Shown here: positions 26,153 through 38,765 of the stretch, piece after piece | Numbering within the stretch: position 1 is the first letter of the stretch | How the letters are laid out: every line of letters begins with the position of its first letter | Source of the DNA: Octopus sinensis | Lineage: Eukaryota | Direction: 5' to 3' | Assembly: GCF_006345805.1 (NCBI RefSeq) | Contig: NC_042998.1 | Location: forward strand, 46,004,001 to 46,068,000 | DNA: 64,000 nucleotides | Translations under genes and position numbers: made by a program | Notes under the pieces: model-generated | Told to the model about the DNA's origin: nothing | Databases searched by the model: none | The model's input: only the letters and a program-made list of their open reading frames with translations

Positions 26153-27150
26153 TCTCACTCTGCTTTCTGTTTGTTCTAAAGAAGAGCAGCATTTACTGAT
26201 CCATTTTCTGTAACAGAGACAAAAAGTCATCAGAAGCTTTCATCAGAGTATATGGACAGTGTTTTACCAGTATAAACTGTCAATAGATAGATTGAAAAAA
26301 TTAGAAATGGTCACACAAGAAAAGAACCAGTATTACTATACCTTACTGATAACAATACTGAACAAATTCATGACACGGTTCTGTACAACTGAGAGGTATG
26401 TATTGATGAAGTGGCATATAATTTGCAAATATGTCATGTCATAAGTAGATTTGCCTTTGGTTAAATTTGTGCAAGATAGGTCCAAAAACTTACAGAATGG
26501 TACAAAAAAAATCGTTTTCAAATCTACTCATAACTTTTGGATCGCTATCCTAATATAAGCGAAACATCTTCAGAATAAATGAATAAATAAATATAGAATT
26601 GTCACTGGTGGCAAAATATGGATATATCACTATGAGCGAGAGAGTAAGTGTGAGAATATAGAATGCAAACTTCCACAATCGGCTGATACAAAAAAAAAAA
26701 GAAAGTTAAAAACTTAACCAACAGCAGAAAAAGTGATTCCGATATTTTATTGGAACTTGTAACGGCCAATATCGAAGCAATATCAAGAGTAGTCAACAGT
26801 GAAGATGTTCATTATAGGGAGATGTTATACGACAAGCTAAAAGCGTGCAATTCAAAGCAAATGCTGAGGACTACTGTTGAAAATCTTTGTGTTGTTGCAT
26901 GACAATGCCTATCTCCATACAGCCGCTCACACCGTTGAAATATTTCAAAAACTCAAATTTGAGGTATAAGTACGTTCTCTATTAGCCTCCTTCCTGCCAC
27001 CTGTTTGCTCTAATCAAAGATGTTTTAGGAAGAAACGATTTGCCTCAGATCAAGAAATGAAGAGGTGAATATATTAAAACGTGACTCCTCTCTTATCCGA
27101 AACATTTTTCTAATACTATAACGAAGGTTACTGAATGTATTAAAAAAAAA
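26153..27150 (+). mobile_element. Heavily decayed mariner transposase relic
   Basis: LSVCSKEEQH, IEKIRNGH, RIVTGGKIWIYHYE, REMLYDKLK, LLHDNAYLHTAAHTVEIFQKLKFEV. TIRs not found. Confidence 0.8.
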
Positions 27151-27169
27151 AACAAAGACGCGCGTGTTT

Positions 27170-27244
<75 letters not shown>

Positions 27245-27541
27245 TTAGATAAGGAGAAAAACTGCATTATTGAACAATAAATCATTTCTTCACGACTTCG
27301 ACGAGTTTAATGTTCCACCGAAGACATAACCTACAACATAAAACGGTAAAAAAAAAAAAAAAACACAGCTTAGATCGAAGTTCAACGATTGATCCAGAAA
27401 GCATTGACCATGATGTGATTATTTTAAGAGTAGTCATAGACAATGATGCAGTCATAGACGGTTTTTTTCTAATTGCAGTTATTTCACAGAGTCGATAAGG
27501 AGTAATAATTTTTTTGTTTATTTTTATAATTACGACCTTAC

Positions 27542-27629
27542 CTTCGAGAATCGTTAAACAGTATCAGTCGCACACTGAGTCAAATAACTCTACCTTTTCC
27601 TTACAGTTTTGATTCCTCGAGTAAATATA
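27542..27629 (-). ncRNA. Candidate non-coding exon of a divergent transcript
   Basis: Minus strand: long pyrimidine tract ...ttttaag|TATATT...CTCGAAG|gtaagg, with stops in all three frames. Further minus-strand sites: donor GTG|gtaagc at 28022 and acceptor ttttatgttgtag| at 27331. Confidence 0.3.
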
Positions 27630-28169
27630 CTTAAAATTGATAATGTATGAATTAAATGTAGAAAGCGAAAGAAAATAATAAAGAGGAAAAGAAACTTTCA
27701 CTGCGTAAATATATTATTGTGAGCACGAATAACAAGTTTTGTTAACTTTCAAAAATACTTTCCTTCATTTCATTTTTATTTTATTACTATTATTTTTTTA
27801 ACTTTTAAAGTGGCACTTCTCAAGAATCTGTTTTTCTCAACAGTATTTATTTAACTAAGTAAAATCATTTGACAAACCATTTCGTGACAACCACTTGACT
27901 GCATGCTTCTAACGTATTGAAAGTATAAAATTAATAAATGTGACCAACGACCCGACTGTTTATCTTTCTTTGTTTTGTTTGATACTTTTTGATTTCATAC
28001 CTTAAAAAACAGTGTTGCTTACCACTTGAACAATAAAATCAAAGTTTATATTGCTTCACTTCTTTAAAGAAATGTAAAGAAAATAGTTTTACCATCCACA
28101 AAGTGTATTAAATTGTAAATAAAGACATTTTTTAATTGAATTTATTTAAATTTCTCGTTTCGTTTGTTC

Positions 28170-28300
28170 CACTCATAATTTTGTTTTGCTTATATGGCTA
28201 AAGTGCCCACTCGACCTGACCAATCAAAAGTGTCGTCGGCCTTCGTTAGTCTGACCTAAACCCACTTTAAATCGTTATTCGCGCACTCTCTGCCTACCTT
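28170..28300 (+). promoter_or_regulatory. Probable promoter of the SAPCD2-like gene
   Basis: CpG retention against a CpG-poor background. gaCCAATca (28220-24), TTTAAA (28266-71) and TTCGCGC (28278-84), about 350-400 bp upstream of the ATG. TSS not determinable. Confidence 0.5.
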
Positions 28301-28631
28301 AGGTCATATTTTGAGCTTCATTATTCTTTTTTTGTTTTTAGTGAGCTATTCGTTTTTTTTTTTCTTCTTCTCTCCCTTTCTGAATAATCTCACAAATTAA
28401 TGCATTGTTTCTTACGTTTGTTATTTATATCTGGAAAGTACAGGGACGGAAAAGAAAACATCAACAAATTCTCACGCACGTTTTGATTTGAATTCGTCTG
28501 CCGACAAAATCTGCTGATTTATCATTTTTCGTGTTTCATTCATTGTTTCACGTTAGAAATTATTTTTTGTTTCTTTGTTATTGCTTGTTGATAGTTGATT
28601 TGATTATCTATGTGTTTGCGGTTTCAAAACG

Positions 28632-29832
28632 ATGTCTCATATCGATAGTTCTCATCAACAACAATATCAATCGATCAACAGCAATACTTCTTTATGTAAC
28701 CTTAAAAATAGTAACACGACTGATGATCTCCCTAAACAGTTTGTATCTTCTCTAAGAATTCTTTTCGATATTCTTGATGAAAACCACAGTGGTTATGTTC
28801 GATTATTGGATATTGAAAGCCGATGGAAGGAAGACGGTGTTAAAGGCCTTCCGCCTGGTGTTGTAGATGCTCTCAGAAAAGTGACACCACCAAATGGTTA
28901 TTTGAATTTTGATAGATTTGTAGCCGGTCTTAAACTCGTTCTGTGGCGAAACAGACTTGATGATTCTCACAATAATACTGATGTTGAGCAATCAGATCAA
29001 GATGGGGTTTTCTTGGGTAAGGAAAACAAATTAAACAATTATAATGATGAAAAAAATATGAATTTCACAGGGTCACAAGAGCAGTACGGCCACATAAATC
29101 TTTCGCCAAATATTGATGGTCAGTTTTTCAATCGGCATCACAACACTGCGGCGGATGTCTTTAACAGCAGCTTAACTCCAGCCACTGGTATAACGAATGT
29201 GCCTGGCCGACTGGGCAGCAGTCAGCACACTACCTTAGGCCATCAGAACAGTGCGACAAACGTGACAACCAATGTGCATAGCAGTGGTCATCAACACAAC
29301 ACTCATTATCAGACATCAGCTAGTCATTATAATTCAAGCAATACACATTACAACACCCCGGTTAATAGTAACCACGATACTAGTCGATATAACAATAATA
29401 ACAGTCTTCAATCTATTGGAACTGGAGTAGGAAACAATGCTGTATCTAATGACAAGTTTACTCACAACCAACGTTTACCTTGTCTTACAAGATCTGCAGA
29501 CAGGCCACCCCTTCAATCACGACAGGTGAGCCACTCACACCTTCAATATAATACTGATACACAAGAACCTTTTGCAACTGACCAGGCATCTTTACCCACA
29601 CATGCATCTAATACACACCAACGTTCCTTGTCTCCACCCCAAGTGCCACCAAGAGACCAAAGCAAAGCCAATATTCTTAACGAACTGAAACTCTGGCAGA
29701 AACAGCGTATGAAACATGTAACTCCAACTGCTGCAGAATCACAAAATACAAATCGTTACACATCGTCCAAATGGAATTCTGGACGAAATATATCTGCAAA
29801 TGAAAGCAAAGATGCAGACAGGAATATATATG
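28632..29832 (+). CDS. SAPCD2: Suppressor APC domain-containing protein (SAPCD2-like), first coding exon
   Basis: LPKQFVSSLRILFDILDENHSGYVRLLDIESRW...LPPGVVDALRKVTPPNGYLNFDRFVAGLK closely matches the N-terminal domain I recall for human SAPCD2 (LPRAFLQSLRTLFDILD...GYLTFERFVAGL). 400 open codons, ending at a G|GTAAGA phase-1 donor. The C-terminal coiled-coil exons were not found in the window. Confidence 0.9.
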
Positions 29833-31380
29833 GTAAGAATAACTAATATTGTATTACACGCACGCACGTACACATGCACATGCACACACTAGTTTGATTG
29901 AATTTTAGAAAAGGTATTTGCACAGCGAAATATTTCTCATTCAGATTGAGAATTCTATTCTGCCTTGTTTCAGAGTCAAACAAGATTAGAAAGCATTTTA
30001 TATTATTCTTAAATATATTTTATACATAATCCAGTAATAGATAATTTAGTTTGTGAGTTTTTATATAAAAGTACTATTTACATGAATATATTGTGAATTT
30101 CCATATAAAATTCTTTTCTTATTTGAATATATTTGCTATTTAGGTATTTCATATATGTACACATGTTTTTGAAGGATAAAATTACATATTATCCATTTCA
30201 TGGTAATCTATATTTCTTCCTTCAACAAAAATAGTAAAACACTTTTTTTTTTATTTCTTCACTTTTAAGTGATATAAAAATATTTAAACCATATATCAGT
30301 ACTAAATTTAAATCAATTATTGACCAGTGCATGTGTTTATTATTTTTTTTTTCCTTTTGAAAATGGGAATTTTTATTCTTAAATTTGTTAACTATTTGTG
30401 GTACTTTTTCCCATATTATTGATCAGGTAACCAATAAAAGTTCTTTTACTCAAAAACTTCATGATCAATACAATGTGAAAGCAGGAATACTTATCGGAAA
30501 AAATTTTTTTTCCTAACACCTACAAACCTTTTCAAGTTACTACGAAGTACTAAATAGCCAAATTGTCCATAGGGTTCCAAGGTTTATAACATTCTACATG
30601 TAGGTATTGGTTTCCCCCCTCCCCCTAAAAATCCCTAGTTCATTGAAAAACTCACCAAAAACCAATGATAAACATTTGCTTTTTATCAACAAATATCGCA
30701 ATTTTATTAATCAAAATAATTTAAAAGTATGGTGATAGATATAACATCACCACCATCATCATCATCATTACATTCACCATTATAAGTATCGTCGTCGTTG
30801 TCGTCACAATTACAGTATTAAGGAATTCTTGTCATCTCGAAAATTTCATTTTCGCCTGTTCATTAAGCTCAAGGCCAATAACTCTTTAACACAATTTTGA
30901 TTTCCTGGTTAATGATTGAAAATTAAAAATATTTTCAAGTTCTGGGTACATAGAGATAATTCTCTCTCTCTTTCACACACACTCACACATGTTATCAAAA
31001 GTATATACACAAACAAGCGCTTCTTTGTATGTATGTATGTATATAGTCTATGCACAATGAAATCTATACTATTATAGTTGGCTAGTTACAAGACAAGAAT
31101 GCATAAAGATCAAAAAATACATAGCTTCTTGAAAATAAATATTTTGACATCTCCACCCCACCACTCCACACATAAACGTGCGTATACATACACACACGTG
31201 TGTGTGTCTCTACTATATATGTATCTTACACGTACACACACACACAGATGCATGTGTGTATATGTATATATATATCTATAGAGAGAGAGAGAGAGAAAGA
31301 GATAGGTAGATAGATATGTATATGTATACACATATATGTATAGATAAGTATATGTATACGCATATATATATAGTTACATA

Positions 31381-32644
31381 TGAGGTGGTATCAGAAAGTT
31401 CGCAGACTAGTTTTGTAGCATGCCAACAGATGGCAGCACACAGTGAGGGCTAGCAGTGACCTTTATGAGGCAAGTGTGCAGAGTGACATCGCTGTGTTTA
31501 CTTTGTGAGTTGTGAAATTTTTGCTTTTATGATCACATAAGTCTGCGATTTTTGTCATGGGGAGGAAGTTGGAACAAAGAGCCAACATGAAATTTTGCGT
31601 TAAACTTCGGAAGCCTGCTACAGGGACATTGAGCATGTATTGACAATCTTACAGCAATGAGTTGTACTCAATGTTTCGAGTGGCATGGGCGCTTCAAAAG
31701 CCACAGCTCAATCATGAGCATGCTCATCATTGTTTTCAACATTTGTGATATTGTGCATCAAAAATTCGTCCCCCAGTGCCAGACCATCAATCGAGAGTTC
31801 TACTATGACATTTTGAAGTGTTTGAGGGAGGACATTGATGAAAGCAACTGGATATGTGGAATGTGAAGAATCCAATTCTTCATGATGACAATGCACCCTG
31901 ACACCAAGCTTGTGAGTTCCTCACCAGAAACAACATGGTATTGCTTCCACACCCATTCTATCCACTAGATTTAGTGTCTGCAGACTTCCATCTTTTCCCC
32001 AAGATGAAAATGCAGCTCAAAGGTTGATGTTTTTACACTGCTGTCAAGATCAAGAGTGAATCACAGAAGGTCCAAGACTTGCTTACAGAAAATGATGGAT
32101 CTTTTTGGTTTGAACGGCAGTTTTTAACATAATTTCTAGGTAACTAAAAAATTTTAAACTTCGTATACTGGTAGAATGTGTTTATAAAACATCTTTTTTT
32201 TTTTTGGCTTTATTGAGAAAATTCTATAGTTTGTAAGATATTTGTTGTTTTTTTTCTTCAATTTCTGCAATTTCAACCAATCACTGATGTCTATTGAGGT
32301 AAAAAACATTCTGTGCCGTATGAATATGTCCCTCGTTTAAGAAACAGATTGGGTTTATTTACATTTGTGAACAAAAAAAGATAACCCTTCCCCTAACCCT
32401 AACACAGATTGAAATGCAATAGATCGATACTAGGGTCATAATTATGGGTGACAATTTCATATGATACCACTAGAAAAAACTGCCGTTCAAACCGAAAAGA
32501 TCCAAAATGATTTCTATACTGGATTCCAAAAGTCGCAGTATATTGCTGCACAAGGCTATTTTGAAGGAGATGATGTTAAAACTTAATAAATAAGTTATTT
32601 TTTATTATACATAACTAGTCCAGGAACTGTTTGATACCACCTTA
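31381..32644 (+). mobile_element. Internally deleted mariner, same family as 5515-7280
   Basis: TA|tgaggtggtatcagaaagttcgcagactag ... ctagtccaggaactgtttgataccacctta|TA. KLEQRANMKFCVKL, TINREFYYDILKCLRE, HDDNAP. The HTH-to-DDD middle region is missing. Confidence 0.88.
32097..32503. mobile_element. MITE with 8-bp TSD and GG-starting TIR (Merlin-like)
   Basis: aaaatgat|ggatctttttggtttgaacggcagttttt ... aaaaactgccgttcaaaccgaaaagatcc|aaaatgat. The superfamily call is inferred from TSD length and TIR start. Confidence 0.8.
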
Positions 32645-32769
32645 TATATTCATATAAACAAATGTATACACATACATTTTTACACACACACACACATACA
32701 CATATGCATACACACACCTATACACACAGTCAGCTGTTACAAGGATAAATGAGATGATTTAGAGAGAGT

Positions 32770-34283
32770 TAATTACTGAGGTATCAAACTGCTAGACCAG
32801 GTCATGAAAGATACAGGAGAAGAGTTATAGCTCAATAAAACTAGGAAGAGAATCAGCCTGGATGAGATGCAGTTTGTTTTTTGTCTGGAGAAGTACTAAT
32901 ATGTTCTCTTCCTGGTGAGGTAATTGCAAGAGAAGTATTTAGCTTAAAGTAGGCTACCGTATTTAACATTTGTCAATCCAGAGAAAGCCTTTGACAGGAT
33001 ACCATACTCTTTGATCTGGTAGTCCCTGAGGAAGCTAGGAGCAGACAAATAGTTTGTGAGAGTTTGTAATGAATATTGCAATGAATTCAGTGTGACTTTG
33101 GGGTCCATTAGGGCTCTGTTCTCAGTCCCCTTTAATTCATTGTTGTCCTTCAAGCTATAGCTGGAGAGTTTAAGACTGAATGCGTATGGGAACTGCTATA
33201 TACTGATGACTGAATTTAGTAGAATTAGAAAAGAAACTTCAGGTGTGGAAGCAAAATTGAGAATCAAAGGATCTTAAAGTTAATTTAATGTTGACCAAAG
33301 TGTTAGTAAACAGGAAACAGACATCAAACTATATGACACACAAGAGGTGCAGTGAAATCACTTGAATACCACACACACACACACACACATATATGTGTGT
33401 GTAGGCTACTGCTGAGGACATGTGTAGGCTTGAAAGAAATGAAGATAGTATGATCCGCTGGATGTGTAATGTCAGTGTGCATACCGGACAGAGTGTAAGT
33501 GCTCTGCGAGAAAAGTTGGGCATAAGAAGCATCAAATGTGTTGTGCAAGAGAGACGACTGCGCTGGTATGGTCATATGTTATGTATGATGAGGACAGTTG
33601 CATGAGGAAGTGCCACTCCCTAACCGTGGAAGGAACCTGTGGAAGAGACAGACCCAGGAAAACATGGGATGAAGTGGTGAAGCATGGCCTTCAAACATTG
33701 GGCCTCACAGAGACCTTTGGAGAAATGCTGTGATTGAGAAGACCCAGTGACTAAAGTGAGATTGCAGCCACACATGTCTGGCCCAGTTAAGATTACCTCT
33801 GATGCATTGGGCGATATGATATGCTTGAGAAGACCTGTTGAGTCAATTAAAACCAATATCGTAGCTGTGGCCAGTGCCCTTGACTGGCTCCTGTGCCAGT
33901 GGTACTTAAAAGCACCATCTGAACATGGTCGATGCCAGATCTGCCTGACTGGCTCCCATGCTGGTGGTACGTAGAAAGCTCTATCCAAACATAGCTGATG
34001 CCAGTACCCACTGACTGGCTCTCATGCCAGTGGCACATAAAAAGCACAATCCGAATGTGATCGATACCAGGCTTGCCTAACTGGCTCCTGTGCCAGTGGA
34101 ACATAAAAAGCACCCACTACACTCTTGGAGTGGTTGGTGTTAGGAAAGGCATCCAGCTGTAGAAACCTTGCCAGATCAGATTAGAGGCTGGTGCAGCCGC
34201 TGGCTCTCCAGACCTCAGTCAAACTGTCCAGCCCATGCCAGCATGGAAAACGGATGTTAAACGATGATGATGATGATGATGAT
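32770..34283 (+). mobile_element. Decayed RTE LINE: RT region, C-terminus, and a 3' UTR with ~60-bp tandem units and a (GAT)n tail
   Basis: GIKLLDQVMK, RISLDEMQF, EKAFDRIP, GSVLSP, WELLY(T)DD, MIRWMCNVSV, VQERRLRWYGH, GRDRPRKTWDEVVK. Confidence 0.88.
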
Positions 34284-35103
34284 GTGTGTATGCCTATATC
34301 AGTATACAGGCAGCGCTATAGGAATACATGCTGCTGTAAGACGCAGGCATTGGTGGTTATGTGGTAAGAAGTTTGCTTCACAGTTACATGGTTTTAGGTT
34401 CAGTCCTACTGCATGGCACCTTGAGCAAATGTCTCCTATGATAGCCCTGGGCTCACAAAAGCAATGAATGGAATTGGTAGACAGAAACTGAAAGAAGCCT
34501 GTGTGTTTCCTGTTTCCTTGCCTTGACTTTGCATGGTTGTTGTAAATGACTGTCACCATCATGCAAACAGTTTCATTCTTTTTTATTCATGCATAAAAAC
34601 ATGTCTGGTCATGGGGAAACATTATCTTGCCAGGAAACATGTGGGTGTTGGCCAGAAGAAGGGCTTTTGGTCCATGAAAAAAATCTGCCCGATCCATGTG
34701 AGTATGGAAAAATGGACGATAGACATTAAAAACATTGATGATGATAATGTATATAGAAATTGTTGATATGGGGAAGGGCATCTGGCTACTGGAACCAAGT
34801 TACACTCTTCAAAAACCCTGGAATTCCCAAACCAGGGCCCCATCACTGGATGCAGTTTATAGTCATATCTAGGGCATAAAAGTCATATCCTAATTACTAT
34901 AATGCAAATTCACTCCAAGACCCATGTTCCACATTGTAAGAAGAGACACCTGTATAATGAAGTTTCATAGCACCCCTGGAAAATGTGCATTTTCCAGTAC
35001 CACTTTTTAACTTTGAAAGAGATAGATCCAATGGCAAGATGACTAGTATCTCTTTCTAGTTGTAGGAGTTGTTGGAAATCCAGCTGGCTGGAAACTGCAT
35101 TAA

Positions 35104-35670
35104 CCCTTTTAGCATTCAGATTACTATTTTAAATGTGAAAAAAGTAAAGATCCCTTTTGGTCATGAATGACCATGGGATTGCACCTAGAAAGTTACCCTC
35201 TGAGGCACAAGACTGGGTAAGGTTGTTCATGGAATACCAGCAGTCGCCCATGCATACCAGCCTCTCCTCTCCATGCCACTAATGTTATACAAGGGAAAGA
35301 CAAAGACTGATAGAGCTTGGCACCAGTGATGTCCCAACTCATTTCTACAGCTGAGTTAACTGGAACAATGTGAAATAAAGTGTCTTGTTCAAGAACACAG
35401 CACACAGCCCAGTCTGGGAATCGAACTCACTACCTCATGATTGTGAGCCTGATGCTCTAACCACTATACCATGCACCTTCTATAATGCTTACTTATTTAC
35501 ATTGTTTTGAATTAATCACGCATTACTTGTAGCTTCACGATTTTGATGGTGTGGCTGTCTATTTTTACAATGACATTGTAGGGTAGGTGTGAGAGGTAGG
35601 ACCTGGCCAGTTTGAACATAAAAGAGGTAGAATATTTTGGCTACATGTAGCTGGTTTAAATGCTAATGAA
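35104..35670. mobile_element. piggyBac-like MITE (second family) interrupted by a tRNA-derived SINE (~35138-35481, minus strand)
   Basis: TTAA|cccttttagcatt ... aatgctaatgaa|TTAA. A related copy lies at ~52396-52634. The SINE head has TGGTATAGTGG and AGTTCGATTCC. Confidence 0.7.
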
Positions 35671-36764
35671 TTAAAGCTGATATAGCCACAAAGCACTAGA
35701 TCAGTGCTAGTAGATTGCCGTTCTCTCACAGCTAAGAAGCCCTTTCTACCTTTCTAGATAGATGTTTTGACAAGAACAGTACCCATCACTCCCAGAGTGG
35801 TCTTTCAGTGCACTCAATGACCATCTTGCATACTTCTATGTTCAATTCTTGATGGTCAGTGTCTCTTTGAGCCATCAGTTTTAACTTGGTGAGAAAGATT
35901 GCTAGAAACCTGCTTGGTTTCTGCAAACACTTCTCAGCAAGCTAGCCTGGTGGGGATGCCAATTTAGTCACTTATGACCTAGCTGTGTAATTGGTTGTAC
36001 TGGATTTCAATACCTTTAGTACTTAAAGCAACCTGACATTGCACCCACATGCACAAATGCTGACAGAGATTTAAGAGTTTTATATATTTACATACACATG
36101 CATGCAGGCAATAAATCAGCATCTTATGTGTGCATAAAAATATGTTTCTATGTGGGTGTTTGCCAAAAGTAAAAACAAAAAAAAATGTTCATTGTAAAAC
36201 CTGTTGTTTTAGATTGGCAAACTATTTTGTTAATCATCTTTATTCCAATAAAGAAGAAAAAAACCCAAAATCTTGAAATCAGATAAAAATCTAAACGTGA
36301 CAGTAACAAATTCTATGGCTAATTTAATTTCTGTTGCTACATGACAGTTCTTTGCTATAATTTTTAATAATCTTATTTGTACCCTGGGGGAAGGCAGGAC
36401 AAGAAAAAAAATGTAGAATACTTATAAAATTGTAGATGATCCACAAATGTTTTTGATGTCAATTAGAGAGCTTCTATGTAATATAACAATATTTCGAGGA
36501 ATTTTTCTACTCCCCTGCAATTCATTTTGATAAAGAAAAGATTCTTCTTTTCTATTTTGAGGGTTGTTATCTGCTAAGATTTGTTGCCAACATGAATTCA
36601 AGAATGTAGAGTTAAACCATATCTATCTCTAACAATTTATGTATATGTGTGTATGTATAAGTGTGTGTGTGTATATATATGTGTGTGTATGTATGTGTAT
36701 ATATATATATATATAAAGAGAGAGAGAAATATTTCTAAGTCTCTCTAAAGGAGACTATGCAGCG

Positions 36765-36801
<37 letters not shown>

Positions 36802-36822
36802 CATTCATATTTATATATATAT

Positions 36823-37119
36823 ACCTGAGTAACCTCATAAATGTGAAGCAAGGTGGAAAAAAATAGTACTCGAATACCGGAGGTAGAGTAATATACTTTT
36901 TTATTAAAGCTGCAAAAACATTACAAAAATATCACAAAAAAGCTTCTACTCAGAGTTTCACATTCCCGTTTGTTGGGTAGCTGTGATCAAGAATGGAATT
37001 AAAAAAATCACAATTTTTATTCCATTCTTGATCGTAACTGCCCGATGAACAGGAACATGAAACTCAGCAGTTTTTTTGTGATATTTTTGTGATGTTTTTG
37101 TAGCTTTGATAATAAAGTA
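36823..37119. mobile_element. Inverted-duplicated repeat carrying a variant hammerhead-like motif (Penelope-like terminus candidate)
   Basis: Arms ~36894-37007 and ~37013-37119 are reverse complements. The right arm reads aactgc-CCGATGA-acaggaacat-GAAA-ctca-gcagtt. The right arm is cut by the Tc1 insertion. Confidence 0.55.
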
Positions 37120-38363
37120 CAGGCGTTGGACAAAATAATGGAAACACCTTAAAATTCCAAACAAATTTATTTTAATATGGGGTAGGACTGCCTTTGACAG
37201 TGATTACAGCTGGAATTCTCTGAGGTATGGACTCGTACAAAGTTTGAATTGTTTCCAAGGGAATTTTTGTTCATTCTTCAGCTAAAACAGTCTCCAGTTC
37301 TTGTAGTGGTGATGGTGGAGGATATCGACTTCTCACTAGTTTTTCTAAAAAGCACCATAAATGTTCAATAATATTGAAATCTGGGGACTGTGGTGGCCAG
37401 ATAAGATGTCCAACTTCACTAGAATTTTCCTTGTGCCTTTCAGTAACAACTTTAGCTGTGTGAATTGGTGCTTAAGCATCCTGAAAGACTGTGTTTCCTT
37501 CCGGAAACAGTTCTGCAACCACAGGATGAATTTGATCAGATAAAATGAAGGGAAATCATTGGGCCAGTAGATTTCCAAGATATACCCCCCCACCCTCAAA
37601 TTATCACACAGATCCTCCTCCATGTTTAACAGTTGGAAGAAGACAGTCTGGGTCAACTGCTTCTTTTGGCTGTCTCCACTTGTATACTTGGCCGGTGGTC
37701 GGAAATAAGCTAAAGGTTGACTTGTCTGAGAAAATAACATTCTTCCACTGCTCTTGGGACCAATTCTGTAGTTTCTTACTCTACTCTAAATGCTTTGCAA
37801 TGTTTGTTTTTGAAAGTAGTGGTTCTCTGATTGCAGCCCTCCTTTGAAATCTGGTTTTGTGCAGTTACCGGTGAACAGTTTTTGTGAAAACTGGGTTCTC
37901 GAGGTACTCATTAAGCTCTGCAGTGATTTTGGGAGATGTACTTTTGTGATCCTTTCTAACAATTTGCGTAAGAGTTCGATGGTCCCTATTTGAAAGTCTT
38001 GGTTTTCTTCCTGAGTTTTGTTTCGATGAGGAGGTTTTTCTCTCTTTCTTAAAGGCTGCCATTACTTTCGAGACAGTACTTCTTTATACTGTTTGGCTGT
38101 TTTCATTATGCTAGCACCTGCCATATGAGCACAAACAATTTGACCTCTTTGAAAGTCTGATAGATCTGTCATTTTAATGAATTTTAATTACCCTTTTCTG
38201 ATGCTATCTGAAATGAAACACCAATTTTAGCAAAACATATCAAGCAACACTAATAATAAATAAAAAAAAACATAAAGATAAACAAACTTTTGACGGTTTT
38301 ATAAATATTTCAAAATTATGATACTATGATGCTAGGTGTTTCCATTATTTTGTCCAACCCCTG
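37120..38363 (-). mobile_element. Full-length decayed Tc1-like transposon
   Basis: TA|caggcgttggacaaaataatggaaacacct ... aggtgtttccattattttgtccaacccctg|TA. MTDLSDFQRGQIV, NSGRKPRLS, WKNVIFSDKSTF, TVKHGGGSV. Confidence 0.92.
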
Positions 38364-38370
38364 TATATAT

Positions 38371-38765
38371 AGGCACAAGATTGGCTGTGTGGTAAGTAGC
38401 TTGCTTACCAGCCACATGATTCCAGGTTCAGTCCTACTGCTTGGCACATTGGGTAAATGTCTTCTACTATAGCCTCAGACTGACCAAAGCCTTGTGAGTG
38501 GATTTGGTAGACGGAAACTGAAAGAAGCCCATCGTATATGTATGTATGTGTGTGAGTATGTTTGTGTGTCTGTGTTTGTCCCCCAACATCACTTGACAAC
38601 CAATGCTGGTGTGTCTATGTCCCCATAATTTAGCGGTTTGGCAAAAGAGACCGATAGAATAAGTACTAGGTTTACAAAGAATAAGTTCTGGGGTCGATTT
38701 GCTCAACTAAAGGCAGTGCTCCAGCATGGCTGCAGTCAGATGACTGAAACAAGTAAAAGAATAAT
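38371..38765 (+). mobile_element. Full-length SINE family A
   Basis: Head, core and tail as in 11154-11613. Confidence 0.9.
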
